Source of the DNA: Candidatus Omnitrophota bacterium
GTDB taxonomy: Bacteria > Omnitrophota > Gorgyraeia > Zapsychrales > Zapsychraceae
Reading direction: 5' to 3'
Assembly (NCBI GenBank): GCA_029261065.1
Contig: JAJDCB010000030.1
Span: forward strand, 132,876-196,875
Length of the DNA stretch: 64,000 nucleotides
Shown piece by piece: positions 30,228-39,200 of the stretch. A program made the translations under genes and the position numbers. The notes beneath the pieces were generated by a model. That model was not told the DNA's origin, searched no databases, and worked only from the letters and a program-made list of their open reading frames with translations. The number at the start of each line of letters is the position of its first letter. Position 1 is the first letter of the stretch.

Positions 30228-30998
30228 TGTTTTTGTGTCCACATCTGTTTTCTCTACCTTTATTTCTTTCCGTGCTTTTGTTTCTTCCTCTGCCCATTTA
30301 TCAAGAATTTCTGCTCGAGTTGATTGCTGAGTCGATTTTGCCTTTGGTGTCGCAAGTGCAGGTGTGATTGTTTCTACTTCTTTGCTGAGTATTTTCTTTT
30401 TAGGTGAGCTGGTTGTTGCTAGCGTCTTTGATTTTGTTGTATCCGTTTTTGTTACTTTTGCTGGTGTTGTCGCTTTTATTTGGGGTAAAGGTGTTTTTTT
30501 CTGCGCTAAGTTGTTCGTTGTCTTTTTTTTCTTTTGCAGGGTTGTTGCTGCCTTAGGAGGAGTTATTTTTTTCACGGTCGTTGTGGGTGTTATGGTTTCA
30601 CCTTTAGCTAATTGAGAAAGTTGTTTTAATTCTTCCGCTGAGGCCGATAGATCAGATGTGCGCGAGCATTGACTTGCTGTAATTTTACCTTTTTCATCCT
30701 TAGCATAAACCAAATATTTAGCACTTACCTGAAGTTCTTTGCTACAAATGTCATTAGTTTCTGCTAGATCTAGCGTTGTTGAAAAATTACCTTTAAATTT
30801 TTGAAAAACTTTCATTGATACAGTTGTTTCACCAAAGGCATTTTTTGTTTTATTCATAACCTTACCACTAAAGATGATGTCAGATTCAGAAAAGGCTTTT
30901 GAGACATCTAACGATTGGGCGCAACTGCATGCGGCGAAACTTTGAGTTGATGCAAAAAGTAATGTGACAAGTGTTAGTAATCCTATAATATTTTTCAT
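30207..30998 (-). CDS. Secreted TIMP-like/NTR-fold protein with a Lys/Thr/Pro-rich tail
   Basis: Signal peptide, then ACSC...F..SDIIFSGKV...C...KYLVYA...CSRT (bacterial TIMP-like pattern), then about 130 aa of low-complexity K/T/P/A sequence. Confidence 0.65.
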   Translation of the reverse strand: MKNIIGLLTLVTLLFASTQSFAACSCAQSLDVSKAFSESDIIFSGKVMNKTKNAFGETTVSMKVFQKFKGNFSTTLDLAETNDICSKELQVSAKYLVYAKDEKGKITASQCSRTSDLSASAEELKQLSQLAKGETITPTTTVKKITPPKAATTLQKKKKTTNNLAQKKTPLPQIKATTPAKVTKTDTTKSKTLATTSSPKKKILSKEVETITPALATPKAKSTQQSTRAEILDKWAEEETKARKEIKVEKTDVDTKTSTMNFR

Positions 30999-31013
30999 GA
31001 ATAAGTCTCCTTG

Positions 31014-32120
31014 TTAAAAGTTGTATTCAATAACGGAAATAGCAATCCCCGTAAAAATAACCGGTATCATCCAGGCAGAAAGGATAGGAGGAAAGAGTCC
31101 TCCTTTACCAAACGCCAGACAAACCGCATTAGCCACGTAGTACAAAAATCCAATAAGCATAGCAATCCCAAGGGATGTAAAAGTCGTTCCTTTGCGAGAT
31201 CTGATCATCAAAGCAAAGGGGAGGCCTGCTAAAACGATTACAAAATTTCCTATAGGATAAGCAATCTTTTGATGAAAATCGACGCGTAAGTTGTTTAGAG
31301 CCTTGGTCGCTCCACTGTTCGCGAAGCGGTCAATATAGCTTTTGAGTTGTTTGATGTTCATGGATGTGACATTAAGTTGTTGTTTAAGAAAATCTGTGGG
31401 GGTTTCTTTAATGTCCATGAGCTTTTCATCATATATTCTAATTTTATCTGGCCTGTTGATATATTCAGCGTTAAATGTTGTTACTTGAACGGTTGAGAAT
31501 TTCCAAGCGATACCAGTCCAGATACCTTTCAGAGCTACAATTTTTTGTTTAATGTTTTGATCTGTGTCGTGTTCGATAATAGTGATGCCTTCTAATTCTG
31601 TTGTATTAGGCATATAAGAATCAATAAAATAAAGACGGTTTCTAAGGCCATAGAAGGTAAGATTTTTAATTTTATTTTTTTTCTTAGATATGCGATCGAC
31701 AAGGAGAATCATATTTTCATTTCTAATCTGTTTGGTGGTCTCAGTGGCTTGCGGGATGAGTTTTTCATTAAACCAAAAAGCAACGGCGCTAATAATTAAT
31801 CCAAAGCAAAGAGCCGGTTTAGCGATTTGCCAAAAATTTAAGCCACTGGCGCGCATGGCAATGATTTCATTACTGTTGTTCATACTGCTGTATGTCAGAA
31901 GTGTGGCAATAAGGCAGGCAATGGAGGAGGTTTGGGCGATGATGATGGGTAAAAATGATAAATAATATTTTAAGAGAATTTCTAAAGGGACTTTTCTGTC
32001 AATAAACTCATCCAATTGAGTTGTGATATCAATAAGAAGGTATAAAAAGACGAAGATAAACATCGTCAGAAAGAAGATCTTAAGGATAGAGGTATTTATA
32101 TATCGTTCTATGATACGCAT
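31014..32120 (-). CDS. lptG: LPS export ABC transporter permease LptG
   Basis: MRIIERYI start, NEIIAMRASG, 3TM-jellyroll-3TM layout, PILSAWM; second gene of a YjgP/Q pair. Start moved to ATG 32120. Confidence 0.88.
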   Translation of the reverse strand: MRIIERYINTSILKIFFLTMFIFVFLYLLIDITTQLDEFIDRKVPLEILLKYYLSFLPIIIAQTSSIACLIATLLTYSSMNNSNEIIAMRASGLNFWQIAKPALCFGLIISAVAFWFNEKLIPQATETTKQIRNENMILLVDRISKKKNKIKNLTFYGLRNRLYFIDSYMPNTTELEGITIIEHDTDQNIKQKIVALKGIWTGIAWKFSTVQVTTFNAEYINRPDKIRIYDEKLMDIKETPTDFLKQQLNVTSMNIKQLKSYIDRFANSGATKALNNLRVDFHQKIAYPIGNFVIVLAGLPFALMIRSRKGTTFTSLGIAMLIGFLYYVANAVCLAFGKGGLFPPILSAWMIPVIFTGIAISVIEYNF

Positions 32121-33193
32121 TTTATATTTAGATAAAGGGCTATGGACCCAGATATTGTGTTTGGCACCCACATGATGATCGCGGGGGGTGCAATGTTTTT
32201 AATACTTAACGCTTCGCATCCAATAGATATTAAATAATAAAAAGCCGCACAAAGAATAGCAAAAACGACATTAGCAGATTTTTCGCGACGATGCGTAATA
32301 ACAGCTATGGGAAAGCCCAACATCATAAATATAAGTGTGGCAAAAGACCATGTAATCTTACGATGGAACTCTGTTTCCAGGCGTCCCGTATCAACAAGTA
32401 AACGTTCTAAATTATGAATTTCATCCTTTAATTCCGCTAAACTCATCCCCTTTGGTTTCTTCTCAACCTTTTTCTTTTTGTTAGAAAGGTCAAGAGTCAT
32501 AAAGAAGTTGTCAAAATTCAGTTTATAAAAACTGTTAGGATTTGTTAAATTAGGCTCATCCGATGTCCCGTTGATCAGTTTTAATTTAATCTGATCCTTA
32601 CCAGGAACGGGAGTAAACTCACCTTCCTTAGCGATGATGGTTCGTGTCGGTTTGCCTTCTTGAGGCTGATAGATGGTTACATTATACATCTTATTGCCAT
32701 CAATTTTGTGAATAAATAAAATTTGATTATCAAAAGAATGAATAAACATTCCCGCCTCAATAAGGGCTGTAGGATTTTGCACACCTAATGTTTTAAGAAG
32801 TTTATGTCGTTTATGATGCGTATCAGGAATGATGCGATCGTTGATGATGAGGGCGACTAAACTAAGGATGATGCCAATAATGAGAAGAGGGGTAAGAAGT
32901 TTTGTAAGATGAATACCGTTGGCGCGTAGGGCCAGGATTTCGTTATCAGCCGATAATCGACTAAACCCAAGAATGACCGCCGCCAAACAAGAAAATGGCA
33001 AAATGTAACCAAGCCACAAAGGAATCGAATAAAGAAAAACTTCGCCAATAACAGAGAGATGGACACCCTTATTTATGACGAGATTAGTCAGTTGAATAAG
33101 ATTTCCTAACATAAAGATGCCAACAAGAATCGACATCGCCAGGAAAAAAGGAACGATGCATTCGATGAGGATGTAGTTTCTTATAATTTTCAT
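32108..33193 (-). CDS. lptF: LPS export ABC transporter permease LptF
   Basis: MKIIRNYI start, FSRLSADNEILALRANG, EFHRK, MWVPN. Start moved to ATG 33193 because the longer ORF start lies in a REP. Confidence 0.88.
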   Translation of the reverse strand: MKIIRNYILIECIVPFFLAMSILVGIFMLGNLIQLTNLVINKGVHLSVIGEVFLYSIPLWLGYILPFSCLAAVILGFSRLSADNEILALRANGIHLTKLLTPLLIIGIILSLVALIINDRIIPDTHHKRHKLLKTLGVQNPTALIEAGMFIHSFDNQILFIHKIDGNKMYNVTIYQPQEGKPTRTIIAKEGEFTPVPGKDQIKLKLINGTSDEPNLTNPNSFYKLNFDNFFMTLDLSNKKKKVEKKPKGMSLAELKDEIHNLERLLVDTGRLETEFHRKITWSFATLIFMMLGFPIAVITHRREKSANVVFAILCAAFYYLISIGCEALSIKNIAPPAIIMWVPNTISGSIALYLNIKCVS

Positions 33194-33205
33194 GGTATAA
33201 AAGTT

Positions 33206-33261
33206 TGTCATTCCCGCGAACACGGGAATCTATATGGATACCTGTTGTCACGGGTATGACA
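33206..33261. repeat. TGTC-tagged REP doublet (inverted pair)
   Basis: TGTCATTCCCGCGAACACGGGAATC (33206-33230) and inverted GATACCTGTTGTCACGGGTATGACA (33237-33261). Confidence 0.8.
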
Positions 33262-33272
33262 GTTTTAAATCA

Positions 33273-33998
33273 TTAACGAATCGCTAGCGTCAAAACTCCA
33301 ACAGTGTTAGCCCCTGCTTCTTTCAGTGTTTGTGCTGCTTGCGAAGAGGTTGCCCCTGTTGTTAGTAAATCGTCTATAAGAAGAATAGATTTGTTATTTA
33401 CATTTGAAGGAGTACTCATTTTAAAAGCCGATGTGAGGTTTGTCCAGCGATCTTTTCGACTTAATGATGTTTGATTCTTTGTGTGTTCTACGCGTTTTAA
33501 AATATTTGGCTTTAGGGGAATCTTGTAATACTTAGATAATCCTTGGGCCAGACAAAAAGCCTGATTATACCCCCTTTCCCGTTGTCGCGTTGGATGGAGG
33601 GGGATGGGAATAAGCAAATCAAATTGTTGGATATCTAGACTGTATTTTTTGACATGGGAAATCATTAGATTCGCTAATGTGTGGCGTAGCATAGTCTTTT
33701 GACCATATTTAAAGGAATGAATCATTTTTTTTAAATGAGCTGTATAAAGACAAGCTCCCCAAGCAAAATCAAAATGGGGCTTGTAGGTGCGGCAATTATG
33801 GCAAAGGGCAGCCACATAGGGCCCCTGTAGGTGTCTGTTACACTTTTGACAGAAAGGCGGGAAGTTCATCCTCATGCATCTCAAACAATCCGGACACACT
33901 CCTTCCTGGGAATTTTGGGTAGGTATTTGATTATGGCAAATAAAACAATTACGGGGGAAGACCAGATCACATAATCCGGTAATGATGTGTTGAATCAT
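33273..33998 (-). CDS. comF: ComF family protein (double zinc ribbon plus PRTase)
   Basis: CFIC/CPDC/CQKC/CHNC, IPIPLH..R..ERGYNQA, LLIDDLLTTGAT. Confidence 0.94.
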   Translation of the reverse strand: MIQHIITGLCDLVFPRNCFICHNQIPTQNSQEGVCPDCLRCMRMNFPPFCQKCNRHLQGPYVAALCHNCRTYKPHFDFAWGACLYTAHLKKMIHSFKYGQKTMLRHTLANLMISHVKKYSLDIQQFDLLIPIPLHPTRQRERGYNQAFCLAQGLSKYYKIPLKPNILKRVEHTKNQTSLSRKDRWTNLTSAFKMSTPSNVNNKSILLIDDLLTTGATSSQAAQTLKEAGANTVGVLTLAIR

Positions 33999-34005
33999 TG
34001 GGGTT
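33878..34005. repeat. 128-bp direct repeat, copy 1 (5' end of intact comF plus 7 nt upstream)
   Basis: Matches 34737-34864 at 124 of 128 positions by manual alignment. Confidence 0.95.
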
Positions 34006-34570
34006 TATGAAATCCGATTTTGTTTTTAGATTTTATTGGTGGTTCCAGTAGTTTTTTAATGGCTTCAAAGACAATTTTAAATTGATGATCATATTTATTC
34101 TCCATCATTTCTATTTTTTGTCTCAACTGTTTGTGTGTAGACATCAATTCACGTAATTTGGTAAATGTCCGCATAATTTGGATGTTGACCTGAATGGCGC
34201 GTTTGCTTTTAAGGACGCTGGAAAGCATTGCAATACCTTGCTCGGTAAAGGCATATGGGACGTATTTTAAATTGTGTCCTCTTTTCAAGGTCACAATTTG
34301 TGACCTTGAAGAGGCAGGATTAGCCTTCTCGGAAGTTAGAATTTGTGATCTCCAAATTTTGATTTCTTCTTTTGTCATTTGGAACATAAAATCTTTTGGA
34401 AAACGTTCTAGGTTTCGTTTAACGGCTTGATTAAGGGCTTTTGTTTCGACACCATAAAGCAGGGCTAAGTCTTTGTCTAGCATTACTTTATGATTTCTCA
34501 GGAACAGTATTTTATTTTCAATAATTTCAGATGATGAGATGTTTGTTGATGCTGATGATTTTTTTGTCAT
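33995..34570 (-). CDS. ORF6N (KilA-N-related) DNA-binding domain protein
   Basis: KVMLDKDLALLYGVETKALNQAVKRNLERFPKDFMFQMT, PYAFTEQGIAMLSSVL, C-terminal coiled coil and KIGF; GAGGGG RBS. Confidence 0.92.
   Translation of the reverse strand: MTKKSSASTNISSSEIIENKILFLRNHKVMLDKDLALLYGVETKALNQAVKRNLERFPKDFMFQMTKEEIKIWRSQILTSEKANPASSRSQIVTLKRGHNLKYVPYAFTEQGIAMLSSVLKSKRAIQVNIQIMRTFTKLRELMSTHKQLRQKIEMMENKYDHQFKIVFEAIKKLLEPPIKSKNKIGFHKPQ
34284..34310. repeat. Perfect coding palindrome inside the ORF6N gene
   Basis: TTCAAGGTCACAA-T-TTGTGACCTTGAA (13-bp arms) encodes SRSQIVTLK. Confidence 0.85.
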
Positions 34571-34623
34571 TATTTCCCCTCATGTCACATGGATTATCTT
34601 TAATTTATACTGGGGGAAATTTT

Positions 34624-34857
34624 TTATGAAGGGGGAAATACGAATAGAAATAACATAGCATACAAAATATTAAGGGTCAATCTGCAATTATCGTCTGATA
34701 GATAATTGTTAAGGTGGAAAATTTTTTGTTGAATCAATCTCAAACAATCCGGACATACTCTTTCCTGGGACTTTTGGGTAGGTATTTGATTATGGCAAAT
34801 AAAACAATTACGGGGGAAGACCAGATCACTTAATCCGGTAATGATGTGTTGAATCAT
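34624..34857 (-). pseudogene. Truncated comF 5' fragment (about 40 ComF codons, then unrelated sequence)
   Basis: MIQHIITGLSDLVFPRNCFICHNQIPTQKSQERVCPDCLR is nearly identical to the ComF N-terminus; similarity stops at 34737. Confidence 0.85.
34652..34680 (-). promoter_or_regulatory. Putative sigma70 promoter inside the ORF6N cassette
   Basis: Minus strand TTGACC, 17-bp spacer, TATGTT with a TG extension; about 80 bp upstream of ORF6N. Confidence 0.5.
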
Positions 34858-34864
34858 TGGGGTT
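34737..34864. repeat. 128-bp direct repeat, copy 2
   Basis: Four mismatches versus 33878-34005. Confidence 0.95.
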
Positions 34865-34893
34865 ATCGTAGCCTTGACTTTAGGGATAGTCAA
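34865..34893 (-). promoter_or_regulatory. Putative original comF promoter (leaderless)
   Basis: Minus strand TTGACT (34893-34888), 17-bp spacer, TACGAT (34870-34865), 7 nt, ATG; no Shine-Dalgarno. Confidence 0.55.
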
Positions 34894-34985
34894 ATAAAGG
34901 GTTTTTTTGAAAAGGGTATTAAATAATTTTTTTTAAGTTAAACTAAATGAGTTGAAGGTTATGTCATGTATGAATAGGAGAAAAA

Positions 34986-36185
34986 TTGAAAATTAAAATA
35001 ATTATTACTTTAGGATTTTTTGTGTTTTTATTGGGCGGTATTTTAGAGGCTGATCCTGCTTTAATAAAACAGTTGTCTGAGCTTTATAAGGCCAAATTAA
35101 CGAGTCCGGCATACCAAGATTGGAAGCAGGTTAACCATCGTACGATGGAAGGCCAGTCCTTTGAAGAAGAGAGGCAAATAAAAAAAGTTATTTCTCAAAT
35201 GACTAAGCAGGTTAATGTTCCCGAGGGTAAGCCTGTCTCAGTTATTCCGATCAAAACGAGTAATTTTCCTAATGTTGATGGTAAGATTCAAGAAGGGGAG
35301 TGGGAGGGGGCATTAGAAATAGATATTGGGTATGGTGATGTCTATACGCCAATTTATTTGCTCTCTGATTCAAAAAGGCTTTATGTGGCAGCCGATGTTA
35401 TTCAGGGAAAGACTAGAAAGACTTCTTTTTTCTTTAAGTATCATATTGATTTAACTCCGTTCTTACGTCGAGAACAAGTCAATCTTTATCCTGGCTCAAC
35501 GCAGCTTCAAAGTTCCCGCTTGGTCTATCAAAAAGAGTTTGGTATCTCTTTTTATTGGAATTATGATTCACATATCTATCGAAATGCACGGGGTGCAGGA
35601 AGTAGGGCCAGTGGGCATCAGCAATATGAACTTGTTATTGATTTAAGCGAAGCGAATATTCATAGGGATGTTCCCTTCTCTAGTTTTATTCAGATCGGAA
35701 CGGATTCCAAAAAAATGGTTTTAAGCAATGGGCGAGAATATCAAAAACCAATGTTTTTAGGACTCTTGGGTTCTAATATTCGACCGCATTGGTTTGTGAT
35801 CAGTGATTCGTATATCTCTGACCCCAATAATGTTGTTGCAAAAGAAGTTATTGAGCATCCGCATATTTCTAAGATTAATCCTGGTAGGAAAGTCATTGAT
35901 TATGAGAAATATGTTGTGAAAGGCGCATACACCATTTTTTATTTTTACACAGATTGGTGTAAACCTTGCCATGTGTTAGGGCCGAGATTGGAGAATCTAG
36001 CCAAAAGCCGTGAAGATGTCTACGTGCGCAAAATTGATTGTGATGTCATCGATTCTCCTGAAAACATGGCCAACGATATCGCTGGATATCCAACTGTCAC
36101 TATATTTGGAAAAAATGGACAGATTCTTCATGATAAAGTCATTTATTTAGAACCTATTGAAAAAATATTGGACGAGATGTTTTAG
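34986..36185 (+). CDS. Exported protein with a DOMON/CBM9-like domain and a C-terminal thioredoxin domain
   Basis: Signal peptide; PNVDGKIQEGEWEGA...SDSKRLYVAADV...YELVIDL (CBM9-like pattern); FYTDWCKPC and GYPT cis-Pro loop; TTG start with AGGAG RBS. Confidence 0.7.
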   Translation: MKIKIIITLGFFVFLLGGILEADPALIKQLSELYKAKLTSPAYQDWKQVNHRTMEGQSFEEERQIKKVISQMTKQVNVPEGKPVSVIPIKTSNFPNVDGKIQEGEWEGALEIDIGYGDVYTPIYLLSDSKRLYVAADVIQGKTRKTSFFFKYHIDLTPFLRREQVNLYPGSTQLQSSRLVYQKEFGISFYWNYDSHIYRNARGAGSRASGHQQYELVIDLSEANIHRDVPFSSFIQIGTDSKKMVLSNGREYQKPMFLGLLGSNIRPHWFVISDSYISDPNNVVAKEVIEHPHISKINPGRKVIDYEKYVVKGAYTIFYFYTDWCKPCHVLGPRLENLAKSREDVYVRKIDCDVIDSPENMANDIAGYPTVTIFGKNGQILHDKVIYLEPIEKILDEMF

Positions 36186-36200
36186 TGTTTTCAATGACAA

Positions 36201-39200
36201 TTATTTTCTTCTCTTCATTAAAAAAACACTTCCGTAAGTATCAATTACCCACACACCGTCTTTGGCATTCGTCATAAATACAATACCGTTACCATATTTA
36301 ATGGAAGGGTCTTTAACCTCCTGTGTAAATGTTTTTTTGATTTGATCGTGGATATTGATATTGGCCATGGTCCATTGAAATGTCAGAAGACGATTCCCAT
36401 CTGTTGCCATAGGAATTAAACGCGTTTGAGGGTGTCCCATGATGGGTTCACCGGTTAAATTATTTGGAGGTCGAGGAATTTCTATTCCCGTGTATCCGGA
36501 AGGTTTATAACCAATCAGCCAAGTTTTAACGTTTGTCTTTGGATCATAACGTGATATGCCTGACTTAGGCATGTAGTAAGTAATCCTACCATCAGAAAAA
36601 ATTAATTTCTCAACATCTAGGTTTTCTTTAACACGTTGGGTTAATACTTTGCTTTTAAAATTGTATTGCCAAAGGCCATTTCGAGAAACATCTCCTGCGA
36701 TGCTTAACCATAGATTATCGTTTTGCTCATCAATGGCAATGGATTTAATTTGATAACTTCTTCCTGCATCTAAGGCGTTGTCAGCTGACAGATTGGTTGT
36801 TGAAGCAAGAATTTCATAATCCCAATTTTGAGTGTTAAGAGCAATCAAACCAGATTTCCCTTTCAGTCCAAACTTTTGATCTTTACTCAGCGGACCGACA
36901 CCGACATAAAGTAAGTCTTTATGACTGGCTAAGGATAAAATGTTATCAAAGGGGAAGGTGGTCGTTGTGTTTAATATTTTTGCTTGGTTTGCAGAAGTTG
37001 TAGGCTCTGTGACAAGGTAGTATCCCTGATAATTTGAACCAGATTTAAGGGCATGTTGAGAGGGAATAATTGTTCCTGTTTGTTTCTTAACGGCAATGAT
37101 ACCGACATTTGTGCCTACAAATATAAATTGATCATTGGTAGCCATGGCTGTAACTTCTAGCGGTTTTTTGGGTGAGCTTTGTACTTTTATAAACCCAACT
37201 TTACGAATTTTATCTGGATAATTTAATGGATACTCATAAAAGTTAACAAGATTTAACCCTTGACCTTGCACATGAATATCTACAGTGTAGAAGGTATTGT
37301 CATGAATAAAGAATTTTTCAAAGAAGAAGTTTGATCGTGTTTCAATTCTACCTAAACTGCTTTGCGCATCACCTAGTTGGTAGCCAACGCGAGTTGGCAT
37401 CTTTTCGAGTGTATAGTCTGAAACCGATTCATTTGATTTGCTTTTATTAGGAGATCCTGTTGTGTACACCTCATCAACAAGGGTATAGGCGCTACTACGT
37501 GCGCTAATGGCTCCATCTGTATTGTGTGATTGAGATGATTTTGGAGAGTTATAAGCTACAAATACGGCGGTACCTTGATTATTATGTCCTCTGACAACGC
37601 TATTTTTAAAAGAGTCGCTGCCATCATCTGGAAACATAGTACTGTAATCAACATCTTCGCCTAAGCGAGGTGGTTCTAACTCGGGACTCATTCGTAAATA
37701 GTAAGGGCTTTTGTCCAATTCAAGGTAAGCTTGATATTTGGGTTCGAAATTTTTTTTGACTCCAAGTTTAACTAATTTTAGTTCCAGTCGTCCTCGAAGA
37801 AGTTTTGCATCTGAAGAACTGTTTTTATAATTGTTTTGTTCAAGCACAGCGATCATTTTATTTAATGTTTGCACAAGCTGCGCCTTTTTTTTCGCTATTT
37901 CAAGAGCATTAAGATAAGGCCAAACATGCTGCCGCCAGGCAACTAAATTATTAGCATCATTGGATCGAATCATCCCCGCAAACACGGATTGCAAAGTTTG
38001 GATTAGCTCAGGGCTGTGATTCAAAGCGGCATGGGTAGTGGCTGTCCTTATTAAATTAGGTAAAATCGAGAGATCTTCTAGTTGCCAAATCGGATGGGAG
38101 TAAGGGAAACTATTTGTTAGGATTTGTAATTGAGCGATTGAAGATGCATTTTTTTCGTATGGTATTAAATGATTGAAACTGACAAGACGTACAAAATCGT
38201 TTGTGCTTTTAGTGTAAGCTTGAAATAATTTTTTTAATTTTGGATAAAGTCTATGATGGTTATCAATTGCTGTGCAATACAATAAACCTTTAAAGCGTGC
38301 GGGATGATAATCATTCTCCGTCTCAATAAATGCTGTGATGATATTTTTTAAAAATGGAACAATTTTACTCGAATCTTTAGGCTTGCTATCCATAATAAGA
38401 TCCTTCTTGTCGCGCCATGATTGCCAATAGGCTTTTGAATTAGTAAGATTTTTATAATGGTTTTTATAAAAGTCTTCTTGAAATTTAAGAAGCTGTTTAC
38501 GCATATTCATGAACTGATCATTGAGTTTTTTAACATGATATTCATCGTCATGAATTTGAACCGGTAAAGGCCATTCGCCACGTTCATGATAATAACGGCT
38601 TGTGTTGGGATACTTTATGGGATTCGGAATTTCAAGGCTAACTTCTAATCCTGTATCGACACGTCTGGCGTGTTCGCGTGCTAATTCGTAGTAAAGCGTG
38701 TAGCTGCGTAAAAAGGCGGAGACGGTACGTTTTTTCTTTTCTAAATTGTCATAAGAGGTATGAGGTCTACTGGAAGCTTTTTTTAAAATCGTTGAGGTGT
38801 CTCCCCAAAAACTTCTATTAACGTTAATTTTATTTTTTGACGGAAGAGTATTATCCGTTTTAGATTTGATCTGCACAACGGTGACGGCTTTCGTATTGCC
38901 TGGATGAAACGAGCTTGAGAGACCTGCTGTCATTCCACCAAATCCATCTGCTAACGTCCAACCCATCTCATACCAACTACGGGCTAACCAATAACGTGCT
39001 TTTTGTGTAGGGTTTAAACTAAAGGCAACCTCGGCATGTTGAATGGCTAGATCATGTTCGGCGCTTGATAAGAACAGAGGAACACGTTTGAGAAAGAGTT
39101 TGGCTTCCTCTACAGGGGAAATTTGTTTTACATCGGTTGTTTTAACATTAATAGCATTAAGGATTTTTTTATTTAAGATATTACGCGCTTTTTGAATATT

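Noticed and set aside
30364-30615. Hydrophobic 83-aa + strand ORF
   Set aside because: Antisense mirror of the Lys/Thr-rich tail of the TIMP-like gene.
19061-33261. CRISPR array from recurring ~25-bp palindromes
   Set aside because: The copies are inverted pairs kilobases apart, not direct repeats with regular spacers; no cas genes.
33995-34570. Prophage inferred from the ORF6N gene
   Set aside because: No integrase, structural, lysis or replication genes in the window.
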